Of a DNA stretch of 19,368 nucleotides, positions 1-7,172 are shown one piece after another. The position numbers and the translations under genes were made by a program. The stretch is taken from positions 26,336,797 to 26,356,164 of the forward strand of contig JANKJI020000002.1 in NCBI GenBank assembly GCA_024626585.2. Reading direction: 5' to 3'. The notes beneath the pieces are model-generated. The model was not told where the DNA came from and searched no databases. It worked only from the letters and a program-made list of their open reading frames with translations. Within the stretch, counting starts at the first letter, position 1; every line of letters begins with the position of its first letter. The stretch comes from Ginkgo biloba. Taxonomy: Eukaryota > Plantae > Ginkgophyta.

Positions 1-556
1 AAAAAAAAATACTAGAGTCAAATTTCAAATGAATGGCTATCTTCTTACCTCGAGCATCTTTGTTGTTGATATAAGATTAGATGGTGTTTTAAGATATCAA
101 CAGTTAGAAACTTTAGGTACCTTTTTCACGGACCTAAAAGACTAATTCATGCAATCCAACATACAAGAACAAACCATCTCCTTTATGGATTTGACAATTT
201 ATTCACTAGAAGTTCCTCCTTGCTGGCTAGAGGACCAACAAATTGAGACATTAACTAAACAAGAAAAAATCTTCTGGAATCAATGTCATGGATGCCCTTC
301 ACATCACAAAAAAAAGTAAATCTAAAACTAGAACCAAGGCTTGCATCTTGTACATATAAAACCACATTAGCTCTCCCACTATCATAGAAATGAGTTATAA
401 CGTCTAACCCAAGAGCTCTTGGACCTAGGAGGCATACAAGCTAACAAGAGCCCCTATGGTGCCCTTGTAATCCTAATCCGAAAGAATAATGGATCATTTC
501 AACTTTGTGTAGATTACATAGGCTTTAATAAAATTACCATAAAAAATCATTATCTT

Positions 557-880
557 AAACCTTAGAATTGATGGGAAATGGGCATTTGGTCAAACATCAA
601 AATTATTCTCATCGCCAACTGTAGATCTTGAGTTGGATTCATATTCCCAAAATGGGGGTTGATAGCCAACACAAGGCCTGTTGTTGGTGCTTCCATAGCT
701 AGAAAATAATTCCCATTGATCCAAGTCTATCAATGGGGCCAAGTGCAATCCTTGAGTGANNNNNNNNNNNNNNNNNNNNNNNNNNNNNNNNNNNNNNNNN
801 NNNNNNNNNNNNNNNNNNNNNNNNNNNNNNNNNNNNNNNNNNNNNNNNNNNNNNNGAAGGGAAAAAACCTAGAATTGATG
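557..880 (+). repeat. Direct repeat pair (putative ~16-bp target-site duplication) at 557-573 and 865-880
   Basis: aaacc(t)tagaattgatg is present on both sides of the insert and differs by one T indel. Confidence 0.75.
574..864 (+). mobile_element. Putative tRNA-derived SINE / retroposed insertion interrupting the RT
   Basis: The RT breaks at PRID and resumes at PRID. The insert is flanked by aaaccttagaattgatg (557-573) and aaacctagaattgatg (865-880). Its 5' part GGGCATTTGGTC (580-591)...ATTCTC (605-610)...GAGTTGGATTC (630-640) resembles plant tRNA-Pro in sequence and spacing. An A run (862-867) merges into the duplication. The interior contains a 96-N gap, so the true length is unknown. Confidence 0.5.
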
Positions 881-2450
881 AGTTCTTAAATGTACTCCAT
901 GTGGCAAGGTACTTTTCTAAAATTATTGATAGATCGAGGCATCAACAAACATGTGTCTAATATGTACTAATATAGCCTTTAGAACTCATTAAGGACTATA
1001 AGTTTAAGGTTATTCCATTTAGTCTTTGCATTTTGTCATCAACCCTCCAAGAAGTAATGGACAAAATTATCNNNNNNNNNNNNNNNNCATATACCCATAG
1101 CTTCTTTGATAAGTTTCTAATTTACAAGAAGAATTGGTAGTCTCACTTATACCATATAGACAAGATCATTTCATTACTACAAGAAACCAACTATATGCAA
1201 AAATTCTAATGTAACTTTGGTAAGGAAGAATTAGAATATCCAAGACACGTCATATTAAAAGGCATTCAAAAATCAAAGTTATTATAGAGTAGATGACACC
1301 TAAAAACATCATCAAGCTTAAGGTATTCTTAGGCCTTACTCGCTAACGTAGAAGTTTTGTTTGACACTATTCACAATTTACAATATCACTAATAAAGTGA
1401 CTAAAAAAACATATTTAAATGAACCCTTGACTCTAAGGAATGTTTCCAAAACAAATCAAGTCATGAAAATCATGTTCATCCTAATCACCCTAGACATACC
1501 AAAACCATTTATCCTATAGACTTGGTGTAGTTCTCATGCAAGACAATCAATTGCTTTTGAAAGTCGCAAATGGAATAATGGAGAATTACACACATGAGAA
1601 AAATTCTAGCAATCATTCACACCCTCACCACACCATTACAATATCTTCTTAGTAGTAAGTTCAAGTATAGGTAGCATTTGGAATCAATGCTCATTGCCTT
1701 TCATCAAGGCACATAATTATTAGATTAATGGGCATTTACCATGGTCACAGTATCAATAGCTTGGTAGTCAAAAGTAGAGTGCAACATTCAACATCGACTA
1801 ATTGTTTCCCTTGAAGCTAAATGGGGCACTCTATGTTGATTGCCAAGCTAGATGGGTACATCACTCGTGCCTTTTGAGAATTCCCAAGGTCACCATCGAG
1901 GCCACTGTCCTCGGTCAATGGTCGTTACATATCCTCTAAGCCANNNNNNNNNNNNNNNNNNNNNNNNNNNNNNNNNNNNNNNNNNNNNNNNNNNNNNNNN
2001 NNNNNNNNNNNNNNNNNNNNNNNNNNNNNNNNNNNNNNNNNNNTGCAATTCTCACCTTCTACTCGCTTTCTTCTGCCATCAATACTTGATTGAATTCAAC
2101 CTGATACGGTCTGGCTACGGATTAACATTGGAATTGTTAAAGGCAATTCTGGGGTTAACACTACCAAACTCAACGAGGGGAGGAGAAGGACAAGATTGAA
2201 GACCCCAGCCCAAAACAACATTATCGTCGTGCACTAGACTCACTTCTCGAGTCTAAAAAACAAACTATCTCTATGGAGAAAGAACAAGCGGTTCAACATC
2301 AAACAAAGAATCAAAAGCATCGACTCCTTCAAATAATGCAAGGGTTGCGTCTAGAAAGACTACACTTCTAAACTCTCTAAGTTCTACCAAGCTCTAGGGA
2401 AATGGCCACCATTCATTGTACAATCCAACAAAACCACCAAACAGAAGATA

Positions 2451-3084
2451 TATGAACCCTCTGTCACAATCAAGATGCATGGCGTCAAAGTCAAAAATGC
2501 AGTCATTAATTTTGGATCCGATGTTAACATCGTCTCTGTACAAATGTGGAGAGAAATGGGGTGCCTGCAGATGATCAAATCTAAGGTCATCATTCGGATG
2601 GTTGATCACCACCCAGCCATTCCAAAAGGAACATTCGTGAATATGGCTATTTCTTGTGGCAGTCTAGAAACCCCTTAGAATTTAGAAGTTCTTGAACTTC
2701 CAAACAAAAGCAACAATTATAAGGTTCTTCTAGGGAAACCCTAGATAAAAGATATGCGAGGCTCTATCAACCTAGAAAAAGAACAAATGAAATTCAAATA
2801 GGGTAACCTTTGGTTATATGTTCCTCTCAACCGCAACAAAGAGCTGCTAAAAATCATTTGAGATGACAAAATCTCTTCTGACACTACTTCAGAGAAGATG
2901 ACTCTGATACTACAATAGAGAATCTCTACGCTTACTACAAGGAGGCCATCCTTAACTTTGGAGATATAGATTCTAAATTAGTTGGCTCTAACATTATACT
3001 CAGAGAATGGGAAGATGAATTCCATGAACTTCGTTGTTTTGATAGTTATCCCATCATAGTTGAAGAGATAGATGACGAAAATGT
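2451..3084 (+). pseudogene. Retrotransposon aspartic protease (retropepsin) remnant and downstream linker
   Basis: YEPSVTIKMHGVKVKNAVINFGSDVNIV...IRMVDH...PKG...*NLEVLELPNKSNNYKVLLGKP*IKDMRGSINLEKEQMKF. This fits the retropepsin pattern (IDxGSxVNI with catalytic D changed to N; LLGRPW decayed to LLGKP*). An acidic open stretch continues to the gap at 3085. Confidence 0.72.
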
Positions 3085-3338
3085 NNNNNNNNNNNNNNNN
3101 NNNNNNNNNNNNNNNNNNNNNNNNNNNNNNNNNNNNNNNNNNNNNNNNNNNNNNNNNNNNNNNNNNNNNNNNNNNNNNNNNNNNAGGGCCCATTACATAA
3201 GTTTTAGACATTGACCATACAATTGCGCTACAAAAGCAACACTACAAAAAGTTCTAAAATTCAGCTAAGTGCTCACAGTCAGAACTTCATCCTGTTATCA
3301 CAATATTAGTCCATACTTTAAACAAGTGGAACAACTTC

Positions 3339-3465
3339 GCGACAACCGTCGCACAATTTCGCCCTGCACGAACAAAGGGTGCATGATGCACCTTCTTTCC
3401 ACTTCAAGCAAAATGGCAGTTTGTTGCGACACACAATATTGCGACAACTGTCACACAATTTCGCC
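3339..3465. repeat. Two copies of a 25-bp CpG-rich unit, 102 bp apart
   Basis: gcgacaaccgtcgcacaatttcgcc (3339-3363) and gcgacaactgtcacacaatttcgcc (3441-3465) match at 23/25; both differences are CpG-type transitions. Confidence 0.8.
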
Positions 3466-3693
3466 GCNNNNNNNNNNNNNNNNNNNNNNNNNNNNNNNNN
3501 NNNNNNNNNNNNNNNNNNNNNNNNNNNNNNNNNNNNNGTCAGGAAACTGCACAAATTTTCTCAGAAGCTATGACAGGCTACGCAAAGAACTCCAACTTGT
3601 CTATCAAGGTGTGACCCATGTCAAACTATATGGGTCAAATAGCCAAAGCTCCATCATACGTGGCACACCATCGCAACACAATTCACTTTCTCC

Positions 3694-3750
3694 AAGAAAG
3701 TCACAATTCTTAAAGAAAGTTCAATTCTTCACGAGATCACAAATCTTGTG
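3694..3750. repeat. Three tandem 18-21-bp imperfect units
   Basis: aagaaagtcacaattctt / aaagaaagttcaattctt / cacgagatcacaaatcttgtg. Confidence 0.6.
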
Positions 3751-4614
3751 CATTTATGGATGAAGTCACAAAAACTTCAACACGACAGCAGAGGGCATGG
3801 TTGGCATGTCATCTCATAAATGAGCAACAATTGTGGCCACCTTCCCTAATCAACACTACTCGACGTGGTAGCCCTTCACGCATTCAGCGCGTATGAACCA
3901 TACCATCAAAATAAATTCCAGAGATAGCACATCACATTGCAATATGGCACGCGAAAAGATGGGTCGACTGGAAGATCGTGCACCATTAACACACCTATCT
4001 TCAAAGGAAAAGAGCAAAAATGGTTATAAAAAGCCCCACTTAGGTAAGAAGCACTTCACTTTCAACAAGAAAAGCTCTGTTGATCTCTTCAGTGCTAATA
4101 GTGTTCAAAGAAGCAAAGAATTCAAAGTCATCTTGATGACCTCAATAATTAAACATGGTAATTACCCATGAAGACTAGTGAAATCGACCATTGCATAACA
4201 TCATATAGGCANNNNNAGCAGACCACACTCGCATTCTAGGAAAGGTACCACACTTAAAAAGACAACGCGATCCTCATCCCTAACGAGGGTCCCCAATGGC
4301 ACACTCTGTAGGATCTCAAAACACAACGAGAACAGGACTTGGGCCAGATCAGCCGAACACTACAGCAAGCAACTCCCCTGACAGGACATGACATTCGAAC
4401 ACTATTGGTGCAACCTGCGAAATCTCACGTAGAAGTCGTAGATTTTGCTCAATCCGTATACATGGAAATCGATAAGCTGACGCACCTGTGTGACGAAACC
4501 CACTGCATTCGCCACCAAGTGCTATTATCCGATGCACCAGACCCCCTGTCCACAGCGTGACAGGTGCCACGACCCATATTACGTGGAAGTAATATTAGTT
4601 CAAAGGTCGGATAA

Positions 4615-5172
4615 TGTAGGGGACATTTTATATAATAAATAAGCATGTCACATATATGGCTTGTACTGAGATATGATGGCGTGTAGAGATACGCCTTTAA
4701 GCAAAGTAGTTGGCAATCGTCGAATAAATGTAATGTTGATTAGATAGGATTGAAGCCAAGAATGGCTAACTCTTAGAGCTTGTGTAAAGTAATTCACCTA
4801 TAAATATGTATGGTTTAGAACCCCTAGAGGGTGAGATATGACTATACATTGTATGTATTATGAATATTGAATGAATGAATTATTATTCTATATCCCAATT
4901 TATCTTTGTTTGATTAGTTAATGTGTTATGATATTGTCTTTTCCATGCATATGATTTGATTCCTTATAAGAAAGAAAGATCATAATTAGCTTGGGATTTT
5001 AGTCCAAGTGTAATAAGAATTAGAGGATTGATCTCGGAGAAAGATATATAGGAAGACTATCTATAAATAGCCAAGGAACTTCTTACTGAACCTCAACACT
5101 AAAATATACACTAGGAAGAATGTTGGTTAACATGATATAAGTCATTGATTAGTTAAGTTTAGTAGACATTAC
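4615..5172 (+). mobile_element. LTR copy 1 (probable 3' LTR), preceded by a decayed polypurine tract
   Basis: aaaggtcgga-taa-TGTAGGGG junction (4602-4622). TATA-like ctataaata at ~4798 and 5061. 4840-5172 aligns collinearly with 6396-6734. The right boundary is approximate. Confidence 0.7.
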
Positions 5173-5782
5173 TAGTANNNNNNNNNNNNNNNNNNNNNNN
5201 NNNNNNNNNNNNNNNNNNNNGGAATTGTGAACAAAAAAAATCTCATTCTAAGGTTATATGATCTAAAACTATAATTTGGACCCCTTAAAATAGCTAGAAA
5301 GAGAACTCAAGAGGCCACTTTTATGAATCACTACATATGAAAGGGATAGGATTCAAAATCTTGATGAGTGTAACATCGGGAGAGAAAGATCTTATGTATT
5401 CACCACAAGATTTGAAAGAGAATATATTTTCACTCAGAGCATGTGTTGTACATCCTTCACATATGCCATTACATTCCAATGAATCTATGGACACCAAGTC
5501 ATTATAATCTAGTGGGTGTCAATTGACTAGATTAATATTACAATTTGGACTGTGTGGACTAACATATGGGTCTACACATATTACTCTGGTGATCTAGTCT
5601 GAAATAAAAGTGTTCCTTTGTCACTTAGTCTAAAATAATGTGGGTTTCTTAGGATAAGCATTGGAGGAGAGGATCAAGAAGGCCTTTAGAGTTTAGAAGA
5701 AGAGGCTTTGAATATAACTCTCACACCCTTTCCCTTAGAAACATATGGAATAGGATGGATGTGCTATAAAAATTAGTTTGTG

Positions 5783-6295
5783 CTCCCTCCTTCAAAGCTA
5801 ACTTTTTTCATAAAGAGGCATCTCTACTAGTGCATGAATAACCTAAGCCAGTGCTTGAAGAACTTGATATAGGGCCTAGATAACATCTAATCCAAATATA
5901 TCATTAAGTAGGATAGAAAAGCCATCAGGTGCCACCAAACCACAAAGAGAGACTAAATCTTAGAGAGATCAAAGGTGGTTAATACAAGGGATAGGATTGT
6001 GGTTGTAGAACATAGTCATGTCAACCTCCATAGTAAGCAACACACCCATACCATTATTAGATGCATCCTTGCATCTTTCTACTTTTAATGGGAGTAGAAA
6101 CGCAAAAAGACATCTCTTTTCTTGAAAAATCATTTGGTATTCTAGAGGAACCGTAGATAATAATATCAAATGGAGAGAGTTTGTAACTACTCTTCAAGGA
6201 CTAGCATAGGACTAGTACCAAAAAACTAACACTACTTAATCATGGACCAACTGGGCCATAGTAGAAATAACCTTTGAGGATGCATATGCATATCT
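5783..6295 (-). mobile_element. Very decayed gypsy integrase C-terminus plus polypurine tract, minus strand
   Basis: The minus strand reads SYKLSPFDIIIYGSSRIPND (cf. SPFEVVYGxxPRxPxD, ~6190-6130). About 300 nt later it reads RCYLGP/YQVLQALA*VIHALVEMP (cf. GPYxVLxRIGxVAYxLxLP, one frameshift, ~5890-5815), then gaaggagggag (5793-5783) as a PPT. Confidence 0.45.
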
Positions 6296-6395
6296 NNNNN
6301 NNNNNNNNNNNNNNNNNNNNNNNNNNNNNNNNNNNNNNNNNNNNNNNNNNNNNNNNNNNNNNNNNNNNNNNNNNNNNNNNNNNNNNNNNNNNNNN

Positions 6396-6734
6396 GAGTA
6401 TACAGAGTATGTACCGTGAATATTTGAATGAATGAATTGTTGTTCCATATCCCGATTTGTCTTTGTGTGATTGGTTAAAAGTGTTGGGATACTTTCTTTG
6501 GCATGCTTGTGCTCTAACACCTTGCAGGAAAGAAAGACCATAACCAGCTTGAGACGACAATCGAAGCATAGGAGGGATCAAAGGATCAATCTCGGAGCAA
6601 GATAGATGGCATGATTGTCTATAAATAGCCAAGGTGCTTGGCACCAAAGCTCAACACTACAATCTGCACTAGGAAGAACGTTGGTTAAAGATGAGAGAAG
6701 TCGTTAATCAATTAAGTCTGGTATAACATTGACA
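6396..6734 (+). mobile_element. LTR copy 2 (same family as 4615-5172; 5' part lost in gap)
   Basis: Collinear shared blocks with copy 1: tgaatgaatgaatt, gaaagaaaga, atctcggag, tctataaatagccaagg, ctcaacacta, cactaggaagaa, gttggttaa. It ends ...acattgaCA at 6734. Confidence 0.75.
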
Positions 6735-7172
6735 TTGCCTAAACATTGGTAAACACAAAGACTCTATCTGGCTCATATAATTCATTCAAGCAATGAAATG
6801 CAATCCACAAGCAATAGGAGAGATGACAAGGAGGCTTCTATATAGGTACAAGCTTGTTGCCTAAAATATAGGAGCTCTTGCTTTGAATATAAAACCTTGT
6901 CATGTATAACTTTTGCTTGCAGTATCTCACTAGAGATGTTTTATGAAGATGTTATGCCCCCATCGATATATCCATACTTATAGATTCTATATAAAATCAG
7001 GTCTCACACAATAATTTTCCCAATCTAGGCCAAATACATATATTAAATCTCCAAATACTACACTATCATAAAGGAAAAATAATACCTAGTCCCTTGCTAC
7101 TAATAGGCATTAACAATAGACATAAGCTTGTAATTATGCTAGCCTTTGTTTCATAACCTGTTTCACTTAGCA

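Larger units (their letters stand above)
1..1668 (+). mobile_element. Degenerate Ty3/gypsy LTR-retrotransposon pol (protease C-terminus, RT, RNase H), many stops and frameshifts
   Basis: Manual translation gives motifs in gypsy order: QMNGYLLTSSIFVVDIRLDGVLRYQQLETLG (protease end, cf. DVVLGxxWLxTLG; from nt 26); ELLDLGGIQANKSPYGALVILIRKNNGSFQLCVDYIGFNKITIKNHY (~410-555); PRIDEFLNVLHVARYFSKI (868+); AFRTH, VIPFSL; FFDKFLIY (decayed FDD catalytic site, ~1102); CNFGKEELEYPRHVI; LKVFLGLT; LGVVLMQ, IAFESRK, LAIIHTL, QYLLSSKF (RNase H, to ~1668). Confidence 0.92.

Noticed and set aside
580-655. Functional tRNA-Pro gene
   Set aside because: The D arm, anticodon arm and acceptor stem cannot pair; at most a tRNA-derived head.
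3339-3465. CRISPR-like repeat-spacer pattern
   Set aside because: Only two copies, a 77-nt spacer, no cas genes, plant nuclear context.
3893-4646. Short ORFs 3893-4171, 4339-4560, 4349-4570 and 4449-4646
   Set aside because: No recognisable motifs; they lie within a probable retroelement internal region.
5969-6169. DASNNGMGVLL, resembling the gypsy RNase H DASxxGxGAVL motif
   Set aside because: It sits between two integrase C-terminal motifs read in other frames, which conflicts with domain order, and no other RNase H motif is convincing. Not fully excluded.
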